Source: Candidatus Thorarchaeota archaeon
Lineage (GTDB): Archaea; Asgardarchaeota; Thorarchaeia; Thorarchaeales; Thorarchaeaceae
Direction: 5' to 3'
NCBI GenBank assembly: GCA_048882325.1
Contig: JBHLRS010000010.1
Coordinates: forward strand, 1 to 64,000
Length of the DNA stretch: 64,000 nt
The notes below the pieces were generated by a model that worked only from the letters and a program-made list of their open reading frames with translations, was not told where the DNA came from and did not search any database. Below are positions 48,926-58,001 of the stretch, piece by piece (the first letter of the stretch is position 1; each line of letters starts with the position of its first letter). The translations under genes were made by a program, and so were the position numbers.

Positions 48926-50200
48926 ATGACATTAGCTTTGGAACAGATGAAACTTGAACCCCAACCTGAGAAGGTACAGAGGCTGTCATATAATGATAGA
49001 GTGTGTGCTAGATGTATGGGGCATCGTCATCTCTGTGGAGTTAAACCATGTCCAATTCTGATGAGAGCCAAAGCACAGGCTCGAATTGATGAAGCATTCA
49101 CCGGAACTGATCTGACCGGAGCATCTCCTCCATCGGTTTTTGTTGGTGAAGCTGGATATCCCAAAGTTCTTGCAGGCCCTCTTGTCCCCCCTCTCCGTTC
49201 AGACGAAGCACGGTACATGGAGCGTCCAGACTACTGGCTTACTAAGAGTATCGATGAAATCTTAGCACTTAGATTCAGTCTTGTCCGCACGAAGAAGTAC
49301 ATTCCCGTTACAGCTGCTCAGGATCCTACAAGGGAGCTTGCTGAAACGCAGACTCTTGCATTATCAGAATCACCGCTTGTGTCGGAAGCGACTCTACTCA
49401 AGAGACCTCAATTCACAGCTGTACTATCTGATGTCACTCTCCCTCTTGGTCCCTCTGCTCCTCTTCGGACGTTCAAATTGGAGGACAATCCAAAGGTCCC
49501 TAAAGTGATTGATCGTGTGACATCCGATACCGACCTATTAGCTGTGAGTGGTGTCCGAGATCTCTTCGACAGTGGTATTAGACTTGAACATATCACAAGA
49601 CTTCTCTCTGTGGGAACACTTGGTCAGAAGAAGACACGAAGACTCGTACCCACCAAATGGAGCATCACCGCGACAGATGACATAATAGGAAAACAACTCC
49701 ATAAAGAAGTCTTACGGAATCCCTGGATCAATGATTATAGAGTCAGCATCGATAATGCATTAGGCAACACAGTTGCACTTCTCTTTCTACCAAGTGGATG
49801 GCAGTTTGAAGCGATGGAGTCCTGGCTTGGTGGGCTCAAACCACCAATCATCACTGATCATGAATGGTTCAAGGGCAGAAAGGATTATGCCAGAAGAGTA
49901 GTTGGAGCATACTATGCAACCAAACTCCCAGTACTTGAGTATCTTGTCAACATTCGAAGACAAGCGGGAGTCATCGTATTCATGGAGATTGACCCGCAAC
50001 ACTGGGTACCCCTTGGTGTCTGGAGGTTCAGAGAGATTGCTAAGAGAGCATTGGAAACGAATGTGAGGAGTTTCGGTACTCTTGATGAAGCGTTACAGGA
50101 AATTTCAGGTCATCTTCGCATACCTATGCACCGCTGGCTTGAATCTAGCAAGATATACCCAGAATTCAGAAACCAGACTAAACTTACTGACTTCTGGTAA
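48926..50200 (+). CDS. nreA: DNA repair protein NreA
   Basis: CARC...LCG..PCP, SPPSVFVG..GYPKV..GP, RRLVPTKWSITATD, GAYYA, PLGVW; C-terminal PIP box QTKLTDFW. Confidence 0.93.
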   Translation: MTLALEQMKLEPQPEKVQRLSYNDRVCARCMGHRHLCGVKPCPILMRAKAQARIDEAFTGTDLTGASPPSVFVGEAGYPKVLAGPLVPPLRSDEARYMERPDYWLTKSIDEILALRFSLVRTKKYIPVTAAQDPTRELAETQTLALSESPLVSEATLLKRPQFTAVLSDVTLPLGPSAPLRTFKLEDNPKVPKVIDRVTSDTDLLAVSGVRDLFDSGIRLEHITRLLSVGTLGQKKTRRLVPTKWSITATDDIIGKQLHKEVLRNPWINDYRVSIDNALGNTVALLFLPSGWQFEAMESWLGGLKPPIITDHEWFKGRKDYARRVVGAYYATKLPVLEYLVNIRRQAGVIVFMEIDPQHWVPLGVWRFREIAKRALETNVRSFGTLDEALQEISGHLRIPMHRWLESSKIYPEFRNQTKLTDFW

Positions 50201-50272
50201 AACTCTCCAATGAATCTATCATACATTTGTCTTTTAATATATTCAACAATAAGAATAAGCGGAGAGTTTGAT

Positions 50273-51619
50273 ATGCGCGCTACGAAAAGTAAATTCATGA
50301 CCCTGTGGGTCCTGATTCTTTTAGCAATACCATACATTCTAATTCCCAATGCCAGTGCTTGGACAGCTGGTGATGAGGCCGCTATTTTTGGTCACACCTT
50401 TGAAGAAGAGTACTGGACAAATGATTCGCTCTTTGTTGAAGGCGCGGAGGGGAATGGAAGTTTAACAACATCATTTGTGAATGTTGGTGATTTTGAAGCA
50501 TTTTTGATTGCATTCAATGAGTTCAATCATACTAATGGTCAACAACTGATTGTACCATATCAGCTGTTTGGAATGCACTTCATCACACCTGGAAATCAAG
50601 AGGTCTTTATTGGTGCAATCTTTGCATTCTTATTGGTGCATAATGAAACCTATGGGGACAATCAGCTACCAGACATCGGTGCTACCAAGGATGACGCTTG
50701 GTATGTCGTGCCGATAGCTAATGCAACTACATGGCCTGAATATACTCCGTCTGTTGAACCCATTCCTGCCACAAAGCTTGGTGATAATCATTACCGAATG
50801 GGAATGCACTACTATAACCTGACTTGTAGGATTGTATCTGCAACGGGAGGTTTCTGGCTCTCTCTAGCTTTTCCGATTCTTGAGGTTGTCATCAGTGAAC
50901 TCACTATCGAATATGACATCCTAATTGATGAGAGTGGAGAGGTACATTCTGAAACTCTGTATACTATAGGTCAGGTCAAAGAACTCAACTTATTGGGCTT
51001 TGAACAGAATCCCAGTGATATCATCACTGATAATATGGAGGTTTCTGCAGTTCACTTCTTGTCCATCTTTGCAAGTGAATACTCAGTAGTTGGTACAACC
51101 AGTGGTAACACTATCGTATCCCCGACAGATACTACCCCAATGGATGAAGATGTAACAATTGAAGTTGGTGCATCTGGTGAACGCGCCTTCGATATAGGAT
51201 TTGGTCGTTCATATGATCTCATCAATGAAACGACCGATACTGTGGAAAGCAGTGGTCTGACTGCCATTAACACGCTGCTTGGTGTTAGGCTTAGTGACCT
51301 TATCCTTATCCTGTGGCAGGCACCGTTATCTGCATGGCTCTTTGCACACATGGCTTATGGTCTATCAGCCCAGCTACAGAATACGTATGCGACAGTAGGT
51401 GGTATGATCGCCAATGTCAATACAGCCTTCACCAACACAAACTGGTGGTATGGTGTCACATTCCCAACTTGGAACGGACTTCGAGTTGAACAGGATCCAG
51501 TATATGTTGCCTACACCAACTTAGGTACAGAACCAGCCACTGGTGGTGGTCTAGGTGCGATCATCTTGATTGTTGGTGTTGTCGCTGTCATCTATATACT
51601 AGTCCGACGACGACGCTGA
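50273..51619 (+). CDS. Hypothetical exported surface protein with C-terminal anchor
   Basis: Signal peptide from ATG 50273; acidic, with N-x-S/T sequons; GGG-TM-RRRR tail. Confidence 0.78.
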   Translation: MRATKSKFMTLWVLILLAIPYILIPNASAWTAGDEAAIFGHTFEEEYWTNDSLFVEGAEGNGSLTTSFVNVGDFEAFLIAFNEFNHTNGQQLIVPYQLFGMHFITPGNQEVFIGAIFAFLLVHNETYGDNQLPDIGATKDDAWYVVPIANATTWPEYTPSVEPIPATKLGDNHYRMGMHYYNLTCRIVSATGGFWLSLAFPILEVVISELTIEYDILIDESGEVHSETLYTIGQVKELNLLGFEQNPSDIITDNMEVSAVHFLSIFASEYSVVGTTSGNTIVSPTDTTPMDEDVTIEVGASGERAFDIGFGRSYDLINETTDTVESSGLTAINTLLGVRLSDLILILWQAPLSAWLFAHMAYGLSAQLQNTYATVGGMIANVNTAFTNTNWWYGVTFPTWNGLRVEQDPVYVAYTNLGTEPATGGGLGAIILIVGVVAVIYILVRRRR

Positions 51620-51632
51620 TAATTCTGAATAA

Positions 51633-51678
51633 TCCCTGGGTTCCGAGTTGGAACTCCAGGGACCACTCTTTCTTTTTT
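51633..51678 (+). terminator. Hairpin plus T tract
   Basis: tccctgggttcc-gagtt-ggaactccaggga followed by ccactctttctttttt. Confidence 0.65.
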
Positions 51679-51730
51679 AATATCGGGCAATTTAAGAGAT
51701 GTTTGGAAGACATAGCTCTTAGAGGACCTG

Positions 51731-53248
51731 ATGGTGTTATATGAGAGAATCTGCAGATTCAGTGAACGAGTCGCAGGAGGTTCAAGCCGAAGGAGAGATG
51801 ACAAGGAACTTCAACGTGCAGTGAAATTCCTCTCTCCACTCATGGAAATAACTGTCAAAGGCGTTGGTGCAGCTGCCAACCTTTTGTCAGTCCTTGTACT
51901 CCTTCTTCTGTTCTCTCTACTCTCATTCCTCCAGCTCAGTCTCCTCATCGTTGCTCCGCTCGCAGGAATGGCTGCTGTTGTGACATACTATATCATCGTG
52001 ACATATCCTGTTTCAATGATGAACAGTTACAAGCTAGGTCTCTCAGAAGAAGCTGATCTAGTCTTCGAGCAGTTCATTCTCGTTTTCCAGTCTGGAGGTA
52101 CGATCTTTGACGCAATTGAGATGGTGGCGCAGTCCGATCACCCCTATCTCTCAAGTGCATTCCAGCAGATGATTAGCCAGATAAACGAAGGTACACCCCC
52201 AGAGACCTGCTTGATGGAGTTCGCCAAAGACCAACCCTCCGATGATCTTCGGAGGTATTTCACTGCAATAGTTTCATCGCTAGAAAAGAAGACTGACCTA
52301 CTTGAAACACTCTCAGGAGAGTCATTTGAAGCAGACCTAGCTCTTCGACAGAAGAACTTGGAGTTAGAAAGTCGATTGTTGATTGTGGCTGCACTAGTTA
52401 CCTATGTCCCAATCATGTTCACTTTAGCAATCTCACTTGCAGGTTTTGCCACGAGTTTCCTTGTGCTACTAGTCGCTCCTGTTTTCATATTGATGAACGC
52501 TTTGCTAAAGAGTCGTTTCTCTAGACAGTTTTCAGCTTATTTTGACCGTCCAAGAGAGTCGTCAATTGTTGCCCCTACACAGAATCAAATCATCGCCGAG
52601 TATGATGCATTTCTCAACTTCCTTATCCTATTAGGTGAACGACTGAGGTCTGGGGATACTCTTGAAATTTCATTGGACTCAATACGGGATGACTTAGAGA
52701 TTGAAGTCCAGAAACTTGTTGATATTGCAATAGATACTGTTTACATCGAGGATGCGAGTATTGAAGAGGGTATGGCTCGAGCTTCTGAAGCAGCATTAGG
52801 ACAAAGAGTTTCCCAGATGTTCAATATGGTGGCAGTGATGTGCGAAACCTCTGCTCACTCCGCTGGTGACAGGATCTCAAAAATTGCTACACGCCTTGTT
52901 AAACGATCAGCAGTTGCAAAAGAACGGGACTCTATCATTGCGGCACAGAGAATGAAGGTCTATCTGCTTACAATCACAAGTGCTGCAGTGCTAGGTATGC
53001 TTGCTTCGCTCTCACCATTCCTTTTCATTAGTTCTTTACTTTCCCAAGGTCCAACATGGACACCAGGAAGCATTACTACACTTGACATCCTGCCTTTGTT
53101 ATTGACCCTAGGAGTCACAACGCTTTCAACCGGATATCAGAATACGCGTATGGTAGGCGGGACTCGACCGGTAGTAATCGGGCTGGTCTGTGGTCTCTTG
53201 TTTTGGATATCATTTACACTATCATCGTTAATGATGGTTCTGGGATGA
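51731..53248 (+). CDS. Type II secretion F-domain (TadB/TadC/ArlJ-like) membrane platform protein
   Basis: Two repeats of SG.T...A...(..)G...E..L/M separated by TM pairs (QSGGTIFDAI...GTPPETCL; RSGDTLEISL...SIEEGM). Confidence 0.7.
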   Translation: MVLYERICRFSERVAGGSSRRRDDKELQRAVKFLSPLMEITVKGVGAAANLLSVLVLLLLFSLLSFLQLSLLIVAPLAGMAAVVTYYIIVTYPVSMMNSYKLGLSEEADLVFEQFILVFQSGGTIFDAIEMVAQSDHPYLSSAFQQMISQINEGTPPETCLMEFAKDQPSDDLRRYFTAIVSSLEKKTDLLETLSGESFEADLALRQKNLELESRLLIVAALVTYVPIMFTLAISLAGFATSFLVLLVAPVFILMNALLKSRFSRQFSAYFDRPRESSIVAPTQNQIIAEYDAFLNFLILLGERLRSGDTLEISLDSIRDDLEIEVQKLVDIAIDTVYIEDASIEEGMARASEAALGQRVSQMFNMVAVMCETSAHSAGDRISKIATRLVKRSAVAKERDSIIAAQRMKVYLLTITSAAVLGMLASLSPFLFISSLLSQGPTWTPGSITTLDILPLLLTLGVTTLSTGYQNTRMVGGTRPVVIGLVCGLLFWISFTLSSLMMVLG

Positions 53249-53309
53249 TGTAAGAATCATTTATTTACGCAGGTGCTTATTGCGGATGTAGTTAGGATGA
53301 GGTGTAACA

Positions 53310-53981
53310 ATGCTACAAATCCCATTTTTCGGTTGGACTTTAGCAGAGATCATGGCGTTCTTCATGGACGAATGGATTATCGCATGGGTGTTGATTCTCT
53401 CAGGCGGTCTTCTCGCAGTCTGGCTATTGGAAAACATCACTGATCCAATCCCATTATTAGGCACAATATTCGACGGACTTGTCGCAGTTGGAACCTACAT
53501 TGGCTTCTTTGTTGGAATCCTCGACATATTCGTTGGATATGTGGTTTGGACAACTCAGCCTGATGCAATTATTGTATCAGGAATGCTTGTCCTGATGGGA
53601 TTCTGTCTGGTCATGAGGATATTATCGAAGTTCCCACTAGCCTTGGTGTTTGCCTTGGCTATTGCAGTTTTCGTTACAGCGACAATGTATGGCTTCGTAC
53701 AACCATTGACAAACAATGCAACCTTAATGGCCATACCAGGTGTTGCTAATGCAGTCAATTTCCTGATCTCGGGAACAGGGCTCTTGGTATTTGGTTTCAT
53801 TATATTCTGTGTTGCATATGTGATTGGCGGATTGATAATCAAACTGATACAGCTAATAGGAAAGATATTCGCATCACGTCCAGTGAGTGTTCTCGTTGGT
53901 ATCGCTGCGATAGGTGTAGGTGTGATTATAATCCTCAATCCGACTCTGCTTGGACTCATAATTCCTTGGCCAGCTCCGTAA
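53310..53981 (+). CDS. Hypothetical polytopic membrane protein
   Basis: About six hydrophobic segments; gaggtg RBS. Confidence 0.75.
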   Translation: MLQIPFFGWTLAEIMAFFMDEWIIAWVLILSGGLLAVWLLENITDPIPLLGTIFDGLVAVGTYIGFFVGILDIFVGYVVWTTQPDAIIVSGMLVLMGFCLVMRILSKFPLALVFALAIAVFVTATMYGFVQPLTNNATLMAIPGVANAVNFLISGTGLLVFGFIIFCVAYVIGGLIIKLIQLIGKIFASRPVSVLVGIAAIGVGVIIILNPTLLGLIIPWPAP

Positions 53982-53984
53982 TTT

Positions 53985-54018
53985 AGAGGGGTGCTTCACC
54001 CCTCTTTTTCTGTTTTTT
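53985..54018 (+). terminator. Hairpin plus T tract between convergent genes
   Basis: agaggggtg-ctt-cacccctct followed by ttttctgtttttt. Confidence 0.68.
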
Positions 54019-54022
54019 CAGG

Positions 54023-54283
54023 TCACTTTGGTTTTCGTATCTCACGGAAGTAGAGGAATTTGAGGTCCCTATCTTGGTAAAACTTTGCAGCGGCATCAAT
54101 CGCTTTCTTTGCCGCAACTATACCATCGTGCCACTCTGAAACATAGAATTTTTTGTCAGGGTCATGTTGAGCATCAGCTAGAGTAAAACCATCAGGAAGG
54201 TCAAACTCTTCAGGCGCAAGTAGTGCAACCCGAAATTTCGACAGACCACCCTCAGACTCCAGCCAGAGTTCACAGTATGTCAT
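54023..54283 (-). CDS. Hypothetical protein (86 aa)
   Basis: Clean ORF convergent on the terminator. Confidence 0.68.
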   Translation of the reverse strand: MTYCELWLESEGGLSKFRVALLAPEEFDLPDGFTLADAQHDPDKKFYVSEWHDGIVAAKKAIDAAAKFYQDRDLKFLYFREIRKPK

Positions 54284-54469
54284 AGATAATCCAGTGGGTT
54301 CTGTATCTGATGCCGATTAAGGTTTCTAGTAGACATACACTGAACCAAAGTTTGCCCAAAGAATTCAAATAGATGCTTGTATGCATATCATTTAGGTCTT
54401 CGTAGACCTGAATAGAATCTATGAGGATATGAAGACCTGAACGAGAGAAACTGCGGAGAAGAAGCGGGT

Positions 54470-55105
54470 ATGTCGTTGAGAATAGAAGAGTCGATTTTGC
54501 TAAAGGAGAAGGCTGAGTTAGAAGCAAAAGCTAGCCCTAGTCAGGCTGACAAAAAAAGACTCGAAGATATAAAGGAACTCCTCAAAAAGAAAATCATCAG
54601 TGTAACGATGAGTCAGTCATTAGTCAATAGAATAGATGATCTTGTCCAAGAACGTGTAGGTCGTTCTCGAGCCCAATTAATTGAGGATTCAGTCAGATGG
54701 TTCCTAGACTTCACTGTCCATAAGTGGAATGAACGTGGTGTTTATGTTAACTCCTCAAGAGCAGTCTTCGAATCAGAATCTATGTCCTCCCTTTTCTTCT
54801 CAAAACTCACACCGACTGATCAGTATGAGCTGGGTGAAACCGCGGGTAGCCAGTCCCCAATTGCAGATGTCGTTCGGCTTTTCCATGGCGGTGACCCAAC
54901 GGATGAAGACAGTCGTGACTTGGTTCTCGGGCTTCTTCAGGACAATGGATGGGGCTCAATATCTTATGACAAGGGATTGATCGTTCTTGGCAGTCCATTC
55001 TATCCCGGTCCATTCATCCGTGGATATCTAGAATCCCTTCTCAACGTGAAACTTGAAGTTGTTGAAACCACTTCTAAGGAAAATGTAGCTCTAAGAGTCA
55101 AATGA
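54470..55105 (+). CDS. Ribbon-helix-helix (CopG/NikR-like) regulator with V4R-like C-terminal domain
   Basis: IISVTMSQSLVNRIDDLV...SRAQLIEDSV; YELGETAG...GWGSI...FIRGYLE. Confidence 0.78.
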   Translation: MSLRIEESILLKEKAELEAKASPSQADKKRLEDIKELLKKKIISVTMSQSLVNRIDDLVQERVGRSRAQLIEDSVRWFLDFTVHKWNERGVYVNSSRAVFESESMSSLFFSKLTPTDQYELGETAGSQSPIADVVRLFHGGDPTDEDSRDLVLGLLQDNGWGSISYDKGLIVLGSPFYPGPFIRGYLESLLNVKLEVVETTSKENVALRVK

Positions 55106-55154
55106 GTCTAGAAACATCTAACTGTATCAAAACTCGTTGAAGAGAGAAGATGTT

Positions 55155-55580
55155 CTACCATTCCTGACCGATTTCGAGTATCTCAAATTCGCTCTCGTAA
55201 AGTCCCGGGATACTTTCGATGGTGGATCTAATAGTTGCTTGTTTATCCTTGATATTATCTGCTGAGAAATAAACTTCATAGATGCATCTGTTCTGTTCGA
55301 AACAGAACCCTGTAGTGAAAAGGACTTTGAGGTCATGTTGTTTGAATAGTTGAGTCATGGTTTGCATGAGCGCAGGATTAACCTTCTCGACCTCCAACCT
55401 AACTCGAGCTCCGCCCTCCTTCATCATCGGGATAAGGCGAATCTCCCCTGACCTCTCGAAGTAGATAACCATCGCAGCCTTCATGTCCTTCAACTCAGCG
55501 TTCTTGAAGAAATCATCTGGAAGGCTAATCTCCTTCTTCTTATGAACGTCAGCTATCATTCCCTTTGTAATACCGGCCAA
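55155..55580 (-). CDS. AbrB-like plus ACT-like domain protein
   Basis: N-terminal V.KKKEISLP...GEIRLIP (swapped hairpin-like); C-terminal beta-alpha-beta-beta-alpha-beta pattern. Confidence 0.55.
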   Translation of the reverse strand: MAGITKGMIADVHKKKEISLPDDFFKNAELKDMKAAMVIYFERSGEIRLIPMMKEGGARVRLEVEKVNPALMQTMTQLFKQHDLKVLFTTGFCFEQNRCIYEVYFSADNIKDKQATIRSTIESIPGLYESEFEILEIGQEW

Positions 55581-55751
55581 ACAAATCGCCTCTTACCTGT
55601 CCTTGTGGTTGAAGGTCATTACAGTATTTGAGTCTTTAGCGAATGTCGCTAAAGAGCAATCTCGTAAAAGCGTACTATATATAAAATATCAAAAACTCAT
55701 GGACTGCATTGGAGAACAGACTCCAAACCTAAAACTAGGAGGAACTCATGA

Positions 55752-55874
55752 ATGGCAAAAGAAGGCGGAATCTATGTCTGTGATGTCTGTCAGCAAGTTA
55801 TTGAAGTCAAGAAATCTGGAGTAGGTACTCTTGTTTGTTGTAACCAACCAATGAGATTATACGAAGGAGATTGA
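55752..55874 (+). CDS. Desulforedoxin (stand-alone FeS4 domain), 40 aa, absent from the ORF track
   Basis: Translated by hand: MAKEGGIYVCDVCQQVIEVKKSGVGTLVCCNQPMRLYEGD*. Has Y-x-C-x2-C...G-T-L-V-C-C...M and an upstream ggagg RBS. Confidence 0.9.
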   Translation: MAKEGGIYVCDVCQQVIEVKKSGVGTLVCCNQPMRLYEGD

Positions 55875-55952
55875 CCTTCCCAAATTTCACACTTGACAAT
55901 GTTTATATCTACCCTAGCGGGGCGGAGCCAACACTTCTTGGGGTGTGTGAAC

Positions 55953-56510
55953 ATGATTGAAATACCCAGTGCTGTAATTCGAACTAGAGGTCTTCTTAAC
56001 TTACGAGCATATTCTGTGAATGAAGTTCTGGAATATGACGATAGATATGTGATGTATCCTACGAGGGACATCCTTGGTGAAATCAGCAAGTACGTTGTTT
56101 GGATACTCAAAGAACAGAAGGTTATCGGAGTTGCATATGTGAAGGATCTCGCTCGTGAGATCGAAGAAACAGAATCCCGAGGTGGAATGCTCGTTGGTGG
56201 AGAGCGTTTCACACCTGCAGCTAAGAAGATAGCAAAGATTTCACGTGTTGAGCTTGTTGACGGTGGTTATGCATCATTCGACCTCTTTCAACATGAACTG
56301 GTTCCTACACACATCATCGCGGCTGAAGATGAGATTCAACTAGTTCTTGACCATTATGGGATTGAGAAAAGCAAACTGCCTCGAATTTTCAGGGATGATC
56401 CTGCTGTCAAAGTTTTAGGCGCACGACTTGGACAAGTTATCCGGATCGAGCGTGATAGTCCAACAGCTGGAAAAACTTACTACTATCGGTTGGTTGTAGA
56501 CTCAAACTAA
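55953..56510 (+). CDS. rpo5: RNA polymerase subunit Rpo5/RPB5 with N-terminal jaw domain, paralogue A
   Basis: C-terminal HELVPTH...LPRI..DDP..K.LGA..GQVIRIER.SPTAG..YYYRLV. The ~105-aa N-terminal domain has KVIGVAYVK...GGMLV...FTPAAKK. Likely start is ATG 55953. Confidence 0.92.
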   Translation: MIEIPSAVIRTRGLLNLRAYSVNEVLEYDDRYVMYPTRDILGEISKYVVWILKEQKVIGVAYVKDLAREIEETESRGGMLVGGERFTPAAKKIAKISRVELVDGGYASFDLFQHELVPTHIIAAEDEIQLVLDHYGIEKSKLPRIFRDDPAVKVLGARLGQVIRIERDSPTAGKTYYYRLVVDSN

Positions 56511-56584
56511 GCTAAAATTCCTTTTCAAAATCATTGATTTAACAATGTTTATATCAATGGCTTTGAATCGAGTCGTTATCACGG

Positions 56585-57160
56585 GTGTTTTCTATCTTGT
56601 CAGAGCTACCTGAAATTCCAGCTATTGTACTTAAGACTCGGGCATTACTTGCTCTTCGAGGATTTACTGTTGACGAACTTCTCGAGTATGATGATAGGTA
56701 TGTCCTCCATCCTACCCGAGATTCTGAAAAAGGATTACTCAAATATGTTGTATGGATTCTGAAGGAGGAGAAGGTTGTGGGGGTAGCTGTAGTCAGAGAA
56801 CTCGTAAAAGAGATGGAAGAAACAGAGTCTCAGCGAGGTATGCTCGTGGGTGGAGTTCGTTTCACTCCTGCATCGAGTAAATATGCGAGGGTATCTCGTG
56901 TTGAACTTGTAGAAGGTCATTACGCTTCCTTTGATCTGTTTGGTCATGAGATGGTCCCAACTCATGTAATAGCTGAGGAACCAGAGATTCAACTTGTTCT
57001 TGAGCACTATGGAATAAATAAGACACATCTTCCGCGAATCCAAAGCAGAGACCCTGCGGCACGTGTTCTTGGAGCTAGACCAGGTCAGGTAGTAAGAGTT
57101 GAACGTTCGAGCCCAACTGCAGGAATATCATACTATTATCGTCTAGTTGTCGACTCCTAG
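56585..57160 (+). CDS. rpo5: RNA polymerase subunit Rpo5/RPB5 with N-terminal jaw domain, paralogue B
   Basis: HEMVPTH...LPRIQSRDPAAR.LGARPGQVVRVERSSPTAG.SYYYRLV; collinear with paralogue A over the full length. Confidence 0.9.
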   Translation: MFSILSELPEIPAIVLKTRALLALRGFTVDELLEYDDRYVLHPTRDSEKGLLKYVVWILKEEKVVGVAVVRELVKEMEETESQRGMLVGGVRFTPASSKYARVSRVELVEGHYASFDLFGHEMVPTHVIAEEPEIQLVLEHYGINKTHLPRIQSRDPAARVLGARPGQVVRVERSSPTAGISYYYRLVVDS

Positions 57161-57162
57161 TC

Positions 57163-57939
57163 TTAGAGGACGAACAATCCCAGTCGCATTGCAGCCAGAA
57201 ACATCACTGCACATGAAATCATTGGCAAGGTCACATTATCTGTTCCTTTCGGACTCACCAGTTCTACAATTGTTGCAGTTATCGCACCACTAAGTGCTAA
57301 TACAATCATCTCAAACCATAGAATTCTTCCACTAGTCACAAACACGGGATTCACCAGACTGAAGATACCAAACCACCAGAACGCAAGTAATGCACCTAGA
57401 AAACCGAATGTGAACACAGCTAGAGTTCCAGGTATACTTCTGTTCGAACCAAAAATCACGTGGGTTGAGTTCTTTCCATACTTCATTCCTATGGGAGCAC
57501 CCATTCCATCACCGAACATCATCATGTGAATGGCTGCTGCTGCTACAAAATAGATCTCGTAATACCCAGTGAATGTGAAAATTCCCGTCAGGATTGTTAT
57601 GGACACTGCATACCAAAATGGCCCTCTCACACTATTATTCTCTAAGTCCTCAGGGCGAGCCATCGCAGCAAAGAAACCACTGAACCTGTCGGTGTTTGCA
57701 AGAGCAAGCATAATTACGAAGGTCAGAGCAACAAGTGTCGCAACCCAGGGGTGAGGGTAAAATGGCACAGTCCATATTGCCGCTCCTGCAAACAGGTGCA
57801 CAATTCGCCGTGTCACCTCTGGGCCCAAATTCCGTTTCTTCCTTGCAATGTCAGCAACCGTTAGTACAATCACTGCATAGACTACGGCGATGAAGTAGAC
57901 AATAATGTCACCGAGTACAATTGAGAACTCCACTTGCAT
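57163..57939 (-). CDS. Polyprenol/phytol/dolichol kinase family (CTP-dependent) membrane protein
   Basis: TRRIVH, GPFWY, FGDGMGAPIG..YG, RSIPG, ATIVE...GTDNVTLP. Confidence 0.88.
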   Translation of the reverse strand: MQVEFSIVLGDIIVYFIAVVYAVIVLTVADIARKKRNLGPEVTRRIVHLFAGAAIWTVPFYPHPWVATLVALTFVIMLALANTDRFSGFFAAMARPEDLENNSVRGPFWYAVSITILTGIFTFTGYYEIYFVAAAAIHMMMFGDGMGAPIGMKYGKNSTHVIFGSNRSIPGTLAVFTFGFLGALLAFWWFGIFSLVNPVFVTSGRILWFEMIVLALSGAITATIVELVSPKGTDNVTLPMISCAVMFLAAMRLGLFVL

Positions 57940-58001
57940 CCCTGTTCACTTGAGAGTGGTCGGATGTATACTGATGGATATATCTATCGGCGGAAATCAA
58001 G

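Noticed and set aside
55603-55824. 73-aa ORF from the track
   Set aside because: It overlaps the convincing desulforedoxin ORF in another frame and has no recognisable features.
55953-57160. Mrr restriction endonucleases fused to Rpo5
   Set aside because: The N-terminal domains lack the D...(Q/E)xK catalytic motif (VVWILKE instead), consistent with the inactive RPB5 jaw fold.
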